Of a stretch of 64,000 bases of DNA, positions 9,437-20,094 are shown piece by piece (within the stretch, counting starts at the first letter, position 1; every line of letters starts with the position of its first letter). The notes under the pieces are model-generated. The model had not been told where the DNA came from. It saw nothing but the letters and a program-made list of their open reading frames with translations, and did no database searches. A program made the position numbers and the translations under genes. Origin of the DNA: an uncultured Solirubrobacterales bacterium. Lineage in GTDB: Bacteria > Actinomycetota > Thermoleophilia > Solirubrobacterales > 70-9. The stretch spans positions 912,940 through 976,939 of the forward strand of contig CAWAFX010000002.1 in assembly GCA_963781495.1 (NCBI GenBank), written 5' to 3'.

Positions 9437-10108
9437 TCAGGGTGGCGGGAAGGTCGAGGGACGCGGGGGATAGAGGTAGTTCCAGATCCCGCCCACGAAC
9501 TCGCCCGGGTCACGGGCGCGCACCGGCTCCAGCTGCGAGGTGACGCTGTAGCGCGGGCCGACCTCGACCTTGCCGGCGCGGATCCGGGTCTGGAAGCGGT
9601 CAAGGGGGCGCACCGGCGGGCCGCCGATCCGCTTGCCCTCGAAGTCGTAGACGCCGCCGTGGCAGGGGCAGATGAAATTGCCCGCAGCCTGGACGAAGCT
9701 GACCGGGCAGCCGACGTGGGCGCAGCGGGAGGAGATCGCGATGTAGGTCTTCGGGTCCTCGTGCAGGTCGGTCGAGCCCTTGCGAACGTAGGCGATCGTC
9801 TTGCCGGCCTCGCCGATCCCCTGCACCAACGTGAAGGCGACCTCGCGGTAGGTGTCGGAGCTGAAGTCGCTGACCGGTCCGACCGCTTCCCAGCGCTCCT
9901 TGCCGCGGTGGAACATCGGCGCCACCGCGAAGCCGATCGCGGGCAGCGCCACGGCGCCGACGGCGACTCCGCCGATCGCCTGCACGGCGACCGTGAAGGC
10001 CCGCCTGCGGGTCATCGACTCGCCGGGGAAATAGCCGGGTGGATCGGGCTTTGCCGGCTCCTTGCCCGCGAAGGGCCCCGCCTCTCGCTGTTCGCGTTCG
10101 TCAGCCAC
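9437..10108 (-). CDS. qcrA: Rieske 2Fe-2S subunit (QcrA)
   Basis: 223 aa with the Rieske boxes CAHVGCP and CPCHGGVYD, plus an N-terminal RRR-containing Tat-like signal anchor (MTRRRAFTV). Confidence 0.85.
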   Translation of the reverse strand: MADEREQREAGPFAGKEPAKPDPPGYFPGESMTRRRAFTVAVQAIGGVAVGAVALPAIGFAVAPMFHRGKERWEAVGPVSDFSSDTYREVAFTLVQGIGEAGKTIAYVRKGSTDLHEDPKTYIAISSRCAHVGCPVSFVQAAGNFICPCHGGVYDFEGKRIGGPPVRPLDRFQTRIRAGKVEVGPRYSVTSQLEPVRARDPGEFVGGIWNYLYPPRPSTFPPP

Positions 10109-10703
10109 TGTCTGCCGGTCTCGGAATCGCGAAGTCTATTGACTCGGCGGCGCGGTCCAGATCGTTCTCGATGCCGGCAGCGGCCGCTTTCTCGGACGCC
10201 GCCTCGAGCAGCGCCCGGCCCGCGGCGGGGTCGATCGCCCGGGCCGCCGCCTTGGCTGCGCGGTGAGCCGCGCCGGAGCCACAGCCGACCGCGACGCAGG
10301 CGGCCAGCCAGAGCGGCGGCACCGCGCCCTCGGCGCCCTCGGCGTGTGAGGCGGCGCAGATGCTGATCAGGTCGGAGAGCTCAGCCACCGCCTCACCATC
10401 GCCCAGCATCGCCAGCCGTTCGAGGCCCAGCGCGTAGAGGTAGTCGCCGGCGAGCAGGGCCATGTCCTCGTCCTGGCCGGAGAGGATGCGGGGGCTTCCG
10501 TAGTGCAGCTCATAGCCCTCGCGGATCGCCTCCACGACCATGGAGTACTCCCCCGCATCAGCCGCAGTCCGGGGTCCGGCGGCCGCCAGCGGGCCGAGTG
10601 CCGGCTCTGCCCGCGGCTCGACCACGTGGGACGAGATCACCGTGTCCTCATGCCGCAGCTGCTCGGCGAGCAGCACCAGCGCCTCTTCGGGTCCAGGCGT
10701 CAA
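10101..10703 (-). CDS. hypothetical protein resembling a polyprenyl synthase helical core without DDxxD motifs (possible HepS-like component)
   Basis: 200-aa ORF overlapping qcrA by 8 nt. The segment AIREGYELHYG...DMALLAGDYLYALGLERL resembles the region around the first catalytic motif of trans-prenyltransferases, but the Asp-rich motif is absent. Confidence 0.5.
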   Translation of the reverse strand: MTPGPEEALVLLAEQLRHEDTVISSHVVEPRAEPALGPLAAAGPRTAADAGEYSMVVEAIREGYELHYGSPRILSGQDEDMALLAGDYLYALGLERLAMLGDGEAVAELSDLISICAASHAEGAEGAVPPLWLAACVAVGCGSGAAHRAAKAAARAIDPAAGRALLEAASEKAAAAGIENDLDRAAESIDFAIPRPADSG

Positions 10704-10714
10704 CGACCGCGAGA

Positions 10715-11986
10715 TTACGCCAGCGCAGCGGCCAGCGACTCGCCTGCGGCCTTCACCGTGCGCTCGATCGCGGCCTCATCGTGGGCGAGGGAGACGAACC
10801 AGGCCTCGAACTGCGAGGGCGGCGGGTAGATGCCGCGGTCGAGCATCGCGCGGCAGAAGCGTGCGTGAGCGCCGAGGTCGCTGGCCGACGCAGCTGCGAA
10901 GTCCCGCACCGGCTCAGGGCTGAAGAAGAGGGTCAGCAGGCCGGGAACGGCGGCGATCTGCAGCGGCAGTCCGGCGGCAGCCTGGCGCAGCCCGGCCGCG
11001 AGCAGATCGGTCAGCTCGCCGAGCCGCGCATAGGCCGGGGCGTCGAGCTGGCGCAGGGTGGCGAGGCCCGCCGCAACCGCAAGCGGGTTGCCCGACAGCG
11101 TCCCGGCCACGTAGACGTCGCCGGCCGGGGCGATCCGCTCCATCAGCTCGCGGCCGCCGCCGAAGGCCGCCGCCGGCAGCCCTCCTCCGAGCACCTTGCC
11201 CAGCACCGTCAGGTCGGGCTCGACCCCGTAGAGCTCCTGGGCGCCCCCGCGGCTGACCCGAAAGCCCGTGATCACCTCGTCGAAGACGAGCAGGGCGCCG
11301 TGCTCGCTCGTCGCCTGGCGCAGGAACTGCAGAAAGCCGTCGGCGGGCGGGACAACGCCCATGTTGGCCGCCACCGGTTCGGCCAGCAGCGCCGCGACCT
11401 CGTGCCGCTGCAGCGCCTCGGTCACAGCATCACGGTCGTTCCATGGCACCACCACCGTGCCCGCCGCCTGGGCTGCGGTGACCCCCGGAGAGGCCGGCAC
11501 GCCGAGGGTCGCCATTCCGGAGCCGGCGTCGACCAGCAGCCCGTCCGAGTGGCCGTGGTAGGCGCCGGCAAACTTGACCACCACCTCGCGACCGGTCGCG
11601 GCCCGGGCCAGGCGCACGGCGCTCATCGCCGCCTCTGTCCCGGAGCTGGTCATCCGCAGCATCTGCACCGACGGGATCCGCGCCGCGACCTCGGCCGCCA
11701 GCTCGACCTCGCCCGCGGTGGCGGCGCCGTAGCTCGTCCCCCGCCCGGCCGCCTCGCGCACCGCTTCGACGACCGCCGGGTGGGCGTGGCCGAGGATCAG
11801 CGGGCCCCAGGAGCCGACCCAGTCGAGGTAGCGGTTGCCGTCGACGTCGGTGATCTCGCAGCCCTCCCCGGCGGCGATGAAGATCGGGTCGCAGCCGATC
11901 TGGCGCATCGCCCGCACCGGGGAGTTGACTCCCCCGGGAAGCAGCTGCAGGGCTCGGGCGTAGAGCTCGGCTGAGCTGTCGCTCAA
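10715..11986 (-). CDS. hemL: glutamate-1-semialdehyde 2,1-aminomutase
   Basis: LLPGGVNSPVRA, the AYHGH motif and the class-III aminotransferase body are present. The most plausible start is TTG at 11986 (LSDSSAELY), which forms a TTGA overlap with the upstream stop. The longer track ORF extension has no family similarity. Confidence 0.9.
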   Translation of the reverse strand: MSDSSAELYARALQLLPGGVNSPVRAMRQIGCDPIFIAAGEGCEITDVDGNRYLDWVGSWGPLILGHAHPAVVEAVREAAGRGTSYGAATAGEVELAAEVAARIPSVQMLRMTSSGTEAAMSAVRLARAATGREVVVKFAGAYHGHSDGLLVDAGSGMATLGVPASPGVTAAQAAGTVVVPWNDRDAVTEALQRHEVAALLAEPVAANMGVVPPADGFLQFLRQATSEHGALLVFDEVITGFRVSRGGAQELYGVEPDLTVLGKVLGGGLPAAAFGGGRELMERIAPAGDVYVAGTLSGNPLAVAAGLATLRQLDAPAYARLGELTDLLAAGLRQAAAGLPLQIAAVPGLLTLFFSPEPVRDFAAASASDLGAHARFCRAMLDRGIYPPPSQFEAWFVSLAHDEAAIERTVKAAGESLAAALA

Positions 11987-13055
11987 CCGTGCTCGGCTTC
12001 CCACTCGGCGTAGTCCGGCGTGAAGTAGTGCAGGCGGATCTTCTTGTACTCGGTCGAGGAGTAGAGGGTGGCCCGGTCCTGCTCTCCGATCTCGCACTCG
12101 CGGGCGATCGAATCGAGGACCGCGTCGCACTCCTCCTTCGAGCGTCCGTGGGCCATCGTGAAGACGCTGTAGGGCCAGTCGGGATAGGTCGGGCGCTGGT
12201 AGCAGTGCGAGATTCCGCGGAAGGCGGCCATACGGCGGCCGGTGCTGGCGATCTCGTCCTCGGGCACGCGCCAGACCCCCATCCCGTTGGCCGAGAAGCC
12301 GGCCCTGCGGTGAAAGAGGATCGCCGCCACCCGCCGCAGGATCTTGCGATCGACCATTCCCTGCAGGTGGGCGAGGAAGTCGCCGGGGCTCATCCCCACC
12401 TGCTCGGCGGCGGCGTCGTAGGGGCGGTCGACGACCTGCATCGGGCCCTGGAGGGCGCGGATCACCGCGATGTCGGTCTCGTCGTAGGGCTGGGCCTCGA
12501 GCTCGCGCGGGGGCGCCATGTCGACGGCTGCGGCGAGCTTGTCGGTGCCGCCCTCCATCTCCAGGTTCATGTTGATCTTGAAGAGGGTCAGGGTCGGCAG
12601 CTCGCGCATCGACTCGGCCCCGGTCTCGCGCATCAGCGCCTCCAGCGTCCCCGGCAGGCCGAGCTCGGAGTCGGGCGGGGTCGCGATCGTGAACCAGAGG
12701 TTGAAGTCGTGGGTGCGCAGGTAGTTGTGCGAGACGCCGGGGTGGGAGTTGACGATCTTGGCCGCCCGCTGCGGGTTTTCGGAATCGACCTTTGCGGCGA
12801 CGAGCATCGAGCTGTAGCCGAGCGCCCGGGTGTCGAAGATCGGCGTGATCTCGCGGATGATCCGCTGCTCGAGCAGGCGCTGGGTGCGGGCCTTGAGCTC
12901 TTCGACCTCCAGCTCGGCCTCCGGTGCGAGCAAGGTGAACGGCTCCCTTTGCAGGGGAAAACTCGACTGCAACAGGTTCATCACCCGCCTGTCGACGTCG
13001 TCCAGCGGCACCGCCGCTCCGCCGGCCCGCGAGCGCAGCTTCGGCTGCGGAGCCC

Positions 13056-13068
<13 letters not shown>
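11983..13068 (-). CDS. fused AsnC/Lrp-like siroheme decarboxylase family protein (AhbA-AhbB / NirDL-like)
   Basis: 361 aa with two tandem halves. Half 1 has [17 protein letters not shown] and NLWFTIA. Half 2 has [24 protein letters not shown]. These are the hallmark motifs of the AhbA/B and NirD/L/G/H family. The GTG start at 13068 overlaps the hemB stop, and an alternative GTG lies at 13011. Confidence 0.8.
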
Positions 13069-14027
<959 letters not shown>

Positions 14028-14050
14028 GCCGGCGATTTTAGGGTTCCACC

Positions 14051-15403
14051 TCAAACGGCCGTGAAACGGCGCAGCGCAAAGCGGGCGAGGACTGCGTAGA
14101 CGACGGTCAGCACCGCGAGGTGGATCAGCGCCGTGCCCATGCTCGGCCCGGAGGCGTCGAGCGCCCGCTCCATCGCGTGCAGGGCCGGCTTGAAGGGGAA
14201 CAGCCCGGTCAGCACCCCGATCACGTCGAACAGCCCTGGGCTGACCGAGCCGGACGGGACCAGCGAGAGGAAGGCGATCGGCAGCGAGACCATGAAGGCG
14301 AGCAAAGAAGCCGCCCGCACCTCGCGGGTGGCGGCGCCGAGCGCGGCACCCGCGGCGGCGAAGCCGGCGCCGCCGGCAAGGATGGCGATCAACCAGAGGC
14401 CGATCCGGCTCCATTGCAGCGAGAGGAAGATCTCCAGCCCGGCCAGCATCAGCAGCGTCACCACCAGCGCCAGCAGCATCCCGAGGCCGATCTTCTCGGC
14501 CAGCAGGGCGGCCCTGGAGACCAGCCCGCGGGTCAGGCGGGCGAAGGCGTTCTCCTCGCGCTCGAGCGCCAGCGAGCCGGCCACCAGCAGCACGGTGACG
14601 AACATCAGCGTCACCGTCGCCGCGACGGCGACCGCGAAGACGTCGAGCGGCGGCGTCTTGCCCGATATCACCTCCTTGTCGACCTTGATCGGCTGCGCGA
14701 CCGAGGACAGGAGCGGGTTGGCGAGGTCGAGGTTCTGGTTCGCCAGGGCGGCGAAGCGGATCACCTTCGCCAGCGCCAGCCGCTCGGCCGGGTCGCTGAT
14801 GCTCGGCTCCAGGGCGCGCAGGATGCGCTCGGTGTTGGCGAGGCCGAGGACCGGGAACGACTGACCGAGCAGGTTGAAATTCCCGCCGCGCTGGATCAGG
14901 CCCAGATACCGGGTCGAGATCCGCGCCACCTCGCGGGCGATCTTCAGGTTGGCCTCGCTGAGCAGCGAGGTGATGCGGTCGTTGACCAGCCGCTCCTTGA
15001 CCGGGTCCTCCTGATTGACGATCACCTGCACGGTCGGCTGCTCGGGATTGAGCCCCGAGAGCGACTGCAGCTTGGTCACCAGGTCGCTGGGCAGGATCAG
15101 GGCGCCGAGCACGTCGCCGCTCTTGACCTTGTCGAGCGCCTGCTGGCGGCTGTGCACCCGCACGCACTCGATCCGCTCGCAGAGCGTCGACCGGGCGCCG
15201 ACGATGTCGACCGACTTGTTGCCGATCTTGAAGGGGGTGTTCTGCGGGACCTCATTGAGGAAGGCGACCCGCGGCTTGCCGGGGCTGCGCGAGATCGCGA
15301 ATCCGACCAGCAGCGCGATCACGACCGGGTAGACGATCAGCAGCACCGCCTGCAGCGGCGAGCGGCGCAGGATCTGCAGGTCCTTGAGCAGCAGCCAGCG
15401 CAT
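14051..15403 (-). CDS. ABC-2 type transporter permease with a large extracytoplasmic loop
   Basis: 450 aa. One N-terminal TM is followed by a soluble loop of about 200 aa and then 5 C-terminal TMs. Its start overlaps the ATPase stop by 1 nt. Confidence 0.8.
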   Translation of the reverse strand: MRWLLLKDLQILRRSPLQAVLLIVYPVVIALLVGFAISRSPGKPRVAFLNEVPQNTPFKIGNKSVDIVGARSTLCERIECVRVHSRQQALDKVKSGDVLGALILPSDLVTKLQSLSGLNPEQPTVQVIVNQEDPVKERLVNDRITSLLSEANLKIAREVARISTRYLGLIQRGGNFNLLGQSFPVLGLANTERILRALEPSISDPAERLALAKVIRFAALANQNLDLANPLLSSVAQPIKVDKEVISGKTPPLDVFAVAVAATVTLMFVTVLLVAGSLALEREENAFARLTRGLVSRAALLAEKIGLGMLLALVVTLLMLAGLEIFLSLQWSRIGLWLIAILAGGAGFAAAGAALGAATREVRAASLLAFMVSLPIAFLSLVPSGSVSPGLFDVIGVLTGLFPFKPALHAMERALDASGPSMGTALIHLAVLTVVYAVLARFALRRFTAV

Positions 15404-16167
15404 CAGTGCCCCCGGTGGTGCAGGTAGGCGACGAAGGCGCTCTCGAAGTCGGCCCCGGCGGCCTCCGGGGCCTCGATGCGAACCGCGTTTCGCAGCTCGT
15501 CGGCGCTGCCGTCGAAGAGCCGCTCACCGTCGGCGATCAGAAGCAGCCGCTGTCCGTAGCGCTCGGCCTCCTGGATGTTGTGGGTCGAGAAGATCACCGT
15601 CGTTCCCGCGGCGGCGAGCCCGGAGACGAACTCCCAGAGGCGGGCCCGCTGGCGCGGGTCCAGCCCGGCGCTGGGCTCGTCGAGCAGCAGCACCATCGGC
15701 TCGGCCAGGAGGCCGATCGCGATGTTGATCCGCTGCTGATTGCCGCCCGAGAGCCGCGCGACCTGATCGTGGCGGCGGTCGCCGAGCGCGGTCTGCTCGA
15801 GCATCTGCTCGACGCTCGCCTCGACGTCGGGGCGCCGCTCGAGCCGGGCGAAGAGGCGCAGGTTCTCCTCCACGGTGAGGCGGCGGTAGAGCGCCGCCTG
15901 CTGTGGCACCCAGCCGACCTCGCCGCGGGGCAGGTGGACCTCGCCCTCGTCGGCGCGCACGATCCCGGCGAGGATCGAGAGCAGCGTCGTCTTGCCGGCC
16001 CCGTTGGGGCCGATCACCGCCAGCAGCTCGCCGGGGTGCGCCGCGAAGTCGACTCCGCGCAGCGCCGGCTGGCGGCCGTAGCGCTTGACGATCCCGCGCG
16101 CCTCCAGCGCCGCCCCCGGGCCGGCCCCGCCGCTCGCCGGGTTATTCCCGGCTCCCGTGGCATCCAT
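15403..16167 (-). CDS. ABC transporter ATP-binding protein
   Basis: 254 aa from MDATGAG. It has Walker A GPNGAGKTT, the signature LSGGNQQR and Walker B LLLDEP. The upstream 113 aa of the track ORF are rejected. Confidence 0.85.
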   Translation of the reverse strand: MDATGAGNNPASGGAGPGAALEARGIVKRYGRQPALRGVDFAAHPGELLAVIGPNGAGKTTLLSILAGIVRADEGEVHLPRGEVGWVPQQAALYRRLTVEENLRLFARLERRPDVEASVEQMLEQTALGDRRHDQVARLSGGNQQRINIAIGLLAEPMVLLLDEPSAGLDPRQRARLWEFVSGLAAAGTTVIFSTHNIQEAERYGQRLLLIADGERLFDGSADELRNAVRIEAPEAAGADFESAFVAYLHHRGH

Positions 16168-16206
16168 CGCGCAAAAAGCTAGCGGCACGGGGGTACGCTC
16201 CGCGCC

Positions 16207-16986
16207 GTGCGCGCGTTGTTCATCGGAGACGTGGTCGGCAGCCCCGGGCGCCGGGGCCTGGCGACGGCAATGCCGGAGCTGCGCGATCGCCACTCCCCCG
16301 ACCTGGTGATCGTCAACGGCGAGAACTCGGCCGGCGGGCTGGGAATCACCGAGAAGACGGCGAACGAGATGTTCGCCGCCGGGGCCGACGTGATCACGAC
16401 CGGCAACCACGTCTACCGCCACCGCGAGGCCTACAGCTACCTCGACCGCGCCGAGCGCGTGGTCCGGCCCGCCAACTACCCGATCGGCAACCCCGGGCGC
16501 GGACACACCGTGGTCGAGATCGGCGGGCAGCGGGTCGCGGTCGTCAACCTCAGCGGCGCCGTGCAGCTGAAGGTCGCGCGCTCACCCTTCGCCGAGGTCG
16601 ACGCGATCCTCGAGCGGCTGCAGGGCGATGCCGATGTCGTGATCGTCGACTTCCACGCCGAGGTGACGAGCGAGAAGGTGGCGATGGGCTGGCATCTGGA
16701 TGGCCGCGTCGCCGCGGTCTTCGGCACCCACACCCACGTGCCGACCGCCGACGGGCGCGTCCTCCCGGGCGGGACGGCCTACCTGACCGACGCCGGGATG
16801 ACCGGGTCGCGGGCGGGGGTGATCGGCGTCAAGCGCGAGCAGGCGCTGGAGGCCTTCCTCACGCAGATGCCGGTTCGCTTCGAGACGGCCGAGGACGACG
16901 TGTGGGTGATGGGAGCGGTGGTCGAGATTGGTCCCAACGGGCTCGCCGACTCGATCGAACAGGTACTGGTGCCGGCTCCGGACTGA
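16207..16986 (+). CDS. YmdB-like metallophosphoesterase (2',3'-cyclic-nucleotide phosphodiesterase family)
   Basis: 259 aa with a GTG start. The motifs LFIGDVVG, NGENSAGG, DFHAEVTSEK, GTHTHV and TDAGMTG are characteristic of the YmdB/TIGR00282 family. Confidence 0.85.
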   Translation: MRALFIGDVVGSPGRRGLATAMPELRDRHSPDLVIVNGENSAGGLGITEKTANEMFAAGADVITTGNHVYRHREAYSYLDRAERVVRPANYPIGNPGRGHTVVEIGGQRVAVVNLSGAVQLKVARSPFAEVDAILERLQGDADVVIVDFHAEVTSEKVAMGWHLDGRVAAVFGTHTHVPTADGRVLPGGTAYLTDAGMTGSRAGVIGVKREQALEAFLTQMPVRFETAEDDVWVMGAVVEIGPNGLADSIEQVLVPAPD

Positions 16987-18541
16987 GCGCCCCCAGCGCG
17001 ACCAGCGTCAGGGGGAAGAACCAGACCAGATAGAGGTAGAACCAGTGCTGGGCGATCAGCTGGGTGCCGATCAGAAGCGCCGCCCCCAGCGCCGCCACCT
17101 GGACCGCCGACTTGCGCCGCGGGCGGAAGGCGACCAGCAGCGCCAGCAGGCCGACCGCCGCCATCACGGCGATCCGCAGCGGCTCCAGCGACGGCACCTG
17201 CCCCCAGACGCTGAACGGGGATTGGCGGTCGATCTGGCTGGCGATCGTGCGCTGCCAGAAGGTCGAGATCCCGGGCGAGATCAGGGTCGGCAGCATCACC
17301 AGCGCCGCGACCACGACGAAGCCGAGCCCGAAGATCGCCGCCTCGCGGCGGCGGCCGCGGCCGCCGAACGCCCGCGCATAGGGATCGGCCTGGTGGGTGG
17401 CCAGCAGCGGGGCGAGGATGAAGGGCGAGAACTTGGTCAGCCCGGCTAGCGCCAGAGCGGCGCCGCGCGCCGCGGGTCTGGCCAGCAGCAGCAGGGTCAC
17501 GACCAGCAGCAGGGCGACGAGACTGTCGTTGGCGTTGGACTCGAGCACGAAGGCCGCGTAGGGGTAGGCCGCCCAGCCGAAGCCGAGCACGGCGCCAAGC
17601 CGCCGACCCTCGGCGCCCGGGCGCAGGCGGCGGCCCAGCAGGACAAGGCCGGCGAAGGTCGCGAGGTCGAAGAAGATCGCGGCCGCGTGTGCGGCAGGAA
17701 GGTCGTCCCAGCTGCCGCTCCAGGGAAAGACCTGCTCGAAGGGGACGTAGGCGTAGTAGTTGACCGGGCCGTAGGTGTCGCCGAAGCTGACGTCGTCGGG
17801 GAAGGCCCCCTGCCCGTAGATCGCCTTGCCGTCGGCGACCCGGTCGGCGCCGACCACCCCGGCGTAGCCAACGTCGATCACCCCCGAGTCGGCGACGTTC
17901 AGCCCGCCGCGGAAGCCGAGCAAGAAAAGCGCCGCGATCAGCAACCAGGCGCTCGGCCAGACCGGCCGCAGACCCTCGCCGCGGCCGCGGAAGCCGATCC
18001 AGAGCATGCGCGCCATCAGATACAGAAGCGGCGGGTACTGCAGCGGCACCGAGAGGCCGATGTCGGCGCGGTTGAAGAAGAACTGCGAGGCGCCGAAGGA
18101 GAGCAGGACCAGCAGGTCGAGGTTGGCGATCCGCAACGGCCGGCGCCAGTCCAGCAGCCCGATCAGGAACAGGGCGCAGAGCGGCAGCCAGACGTAGGGG
18201 GCGTTGAGGCGATGGCCGAAGGCCCCCGAATAGCCGCGCGCCATCCTCCAGGCGACCTGGTACCCGCTCCAGGACTCGCGCACCAGGCCGGTGGTCGAGT
18301 CGACGGTCACCTGGACCAGGTCCTTGTCCTGGGCGAAGTAGTCGACCTGCCAGGCCCCGCCGACCAGCGAGGCGCTTGGGGTCAGCCCCGGGTGCTCGGC
18401 GCGCTCGGCGACGACCTTGGGGTCGCGGTTGGCAACCGCGATCGCCTGCTGCTTGCCGACCGGGGTCGTCGCGGCGCCGGCACTCGGCGCCAGCAGCAGG
18501 ACCAGCAGCAGGACCACGGCGCCGGCCGCAAGCCTTCTCAT
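16859..18541 (-). CDS. polytopic GT-C-type glycosyltransferase-like membrane protein (DUF2029/GT87-like)
   Basis: 560 aa. A signal peptide and a periplasmic domain of about 90 aa are followed by roughly 11 TMs, with loop motifs (FGDTYGPVNYYAYVPF, LTKFSPF) as in DUF2029 mannosyl/arabinosyl-type transferases. The last 45 or so residues are low-complexity and overlap the ymdB 3' end. Confidence 0.7.
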   Translation of the reverse strand: MRRLAAGAVVLLLVLLLAPSAGAATTPVGKQQAIAVANRDPKVVAERAEHPGLTPSASLVGGAWQVDYFAQDKDLVQVTVDSTTGLVRESWSGYQVAWRMARGYSGAFGHRLNAPYVWLPLCALFLIGLLDWRRPLRIANLDLLVLLSFGASQFFFNRADIGLSVPLQYPPLLYLMARMLWIGFRGRGEGLRPVWPSAWLLIAALFLLGFRGGLNVADSGVIDVGYAGVVGADRVADGKAIYGQGAFPDDVSFGDTYGPVNYYAYVPFEQVFPWSGSWDDLPAAHAAAIFFDLATFAGLVLLGRRLRPGAEGRRLGAVLGFGWAAYPYAAFVLESNANDSLVALLLVVTLLLLARPAARGAALALAGLTKFSPFILAPLLATHQADPYARAFGGRGRRREAAIFGLGFVVVAALVMLPTLISPGISTFWQRTIASQIDRQSPFSVWGQVPSLEPLRIAVMAAVGLLALLVAFRPRRKSAVQVAALGAALLIGTQLIAQHWFYLYLVWFFPLTLVALGALSPEPAPVPVRSSRRARWDQSRPPLPSPTRRPRPSRSEPASA

Positions 18542-20094
18542 GTCGGCCCCATCGCCGCAGCCAGGTCGCGCCCCGGTTCGGCGTCGCCGTCGAGCCCGAA
18601 GTGCTCACAGACGACGGCGGCGACGTCGCGCAGCGACCACTGCTCGCGCTCGGCGGCGTTCTGCGGGCCGCAGCCGCAGAAGAGCAGGGGGCCGAGCGAG
18701 TCGCCGCGGTGCAGCGATCCGTGGCTGCCGCCGCCGACGTGCGAGGTGCCGCCCCAGTCGACGCACTCATAACCGGGGGTGGCGGATATGAGCAGCTCTC
18801 CGGCGTGGGGCGCGCAGAGCGCCGACCACAGCCGCCCCAGCGCGTCCGGGTAGCTCTCGCTGCGCAGCCGGCCGCCGGAGACCTCGAGGTCGAGGGCGGC
18901 GGGGTCGCCCCGCAGCTCCCAGCCGCCGTCGCGGAGATCGGTCAAGGCCTCGCCGGGCCGGAAGCGAACCTCGGCCCCCCCGCGGCGCGCCACGGCCTCG
19001 GCGCCGGCCGGCGGCGGTCCCGGCGTCTCGCGCACCAACGCCGTGCCGTCGACCTCGATCCAGGCGACCACGTCGACGCCGTCCATCTCCTCCAGCGCCA
19101 CCCGGACCTGATCGTGGCCGGGCTGCTCAGGTCCCGGCAGCAGGTAGACGTTGGCGGCGCGGGCGGTCGGGCTGACCGCGATTTGGGCGTCCTCGGGCCG
19201 GTCCTCGGAGGGCTGCAGCACATGCCAGCGCTCGCCGAGCTGGGCCGTGATCGGCAGCTCCCGGTGGACCGATGTCTGGGCGTGGTCGGCCATCAGGATC
19301 AGCGCGTAGTCGGTGAGGAACCCGTCCAGCCCCCCAGCGGCCTCGATCAGCTTCGCGAAGGCCCCGTCGGCGTGGGCGATCGACTCCACCATCTCGTCGG
19401 GCCCGTGGCGGTGCGAGTAGTTGTCGTTGTCGGGGAGCGAGAGCAGCAGGAAGTCGAACAGCCGCTGGCCGGCGAGCTCGGCCGCGCAGCAGGCCGAGTA
19501 CTCGTCGACCGTCCCGGGCCGAGAGGTCGGCCGGCAGGGGACGCGGCGGCTGGCATAGAGGTCGCCGTAGAAGAGCTCGGTCGGTCCCCAGGTCGCGTGC
19601 CGGAACTTGGTACCGCTGACGTCGACCGCGCGCCGCAGCAGTCCCTCGAGCGAGACCTGGTGGCGATGGCGTCCGCGATAGATCAGAAACGGGGTGCAGG
19701 CGGTGCGCAGCCCGGCGTCGTCGAGGCGCTCGAAGATCGTCGACACCTCGGGGCTGAGGTGGGCGAGATTCATGTTGTAGACGAGGTCGTAGAGGGCCCG
19801 GAAGAGGCCGAAGGCGCGGGTCGCCTCGAACGAAGACCCGTACTCGACATAGCGGCGCTCGAGCCGGTGGTACCAGTTCATGGCGCTGATCCAGTGGCGA
19901 TCGGCGGCGACCCCGGTGGCGATCTCGGCGCTGGCGACCGGAGTCACCGAGGGAAAGCTGGATACGCATTCGCGCACCAGCACCCCCCGCTTCAGCAGCT
20001 TCGCGAAGGTCGGCGCGCGGCCCTCGCTCGCGGCCAGCTCGAGCATGTCGGTTCGCATCGAATCGACATAGGCGAGGACCAGGCCCTTGGTCAT
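18538..20094 (-). CDS. alkaline-phosphatase-superfamily phosphodiesterase/nucleotide pyrophosphatase-like protein
   Basis: 518 aa. SFPSVTPVASAEIATG (nucleophile region), LSLPDNDNYSHRHGP, MADHAQT and GGSHGSLH are metal-ligand motifs of the type I phosphodiesterase/AlkP fold. It has 4-nt overlaps with both neighbours. Confidence 0.75.
   Translation of the reverse strand: MTKGLVLAYVDSMRTDMLELAASEGRAPTFAKLLKRGVLVRECVSSFPSVTPVASAEIATGVAADRHWISAMNWYHRLERRYVEYGSSFEATRAFGLFRALYDLVYNMNLAHLSPEVSTIFERLDDAGLRTACTPFLIYRGRHRHQVSLEGLLRRAVDVSGTKFRHATWGPTELFYGDLYASRRVPCRPTSRPGTVDEYSACCAAELAGQRLFDFLLLSLPDNDNYSHRHGPDEMVESIAHADGAFAKLIEAAGGLDGFLTDYALILMADHAQTSVHRELPITAQLGERWHVLQPSEDRPEDAQIAVSPTARAANVYLLPGPEQPGHDQVRVALEEMDGVDVVAWIEVDGTALVRETPGPPPAGAEAVARRGGAEVRFRPGEALTDLRDGGWELRGDPAALDLEVSGGRLRSESYPDALGRLWSALCAPHAGELLISATPGYECVDWGGTSHVGGGSHGSLHRGDSLGPLLFCGCGPQNAAEREQWSLRDVAAVVCEHFGLDGDAEPGRDLAAAMGPT

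Noticed and set aside
14028-15167. N-terminal 380-aa extension of the hemB ORF (track ORF 13056-15167).
   Set aside because: The extension is Arg/Pro/Gly junk overlapping the ABC-2 permease in another frame. HemB family similarity begins at [13 protein letters not shown] (ATG at 14027).
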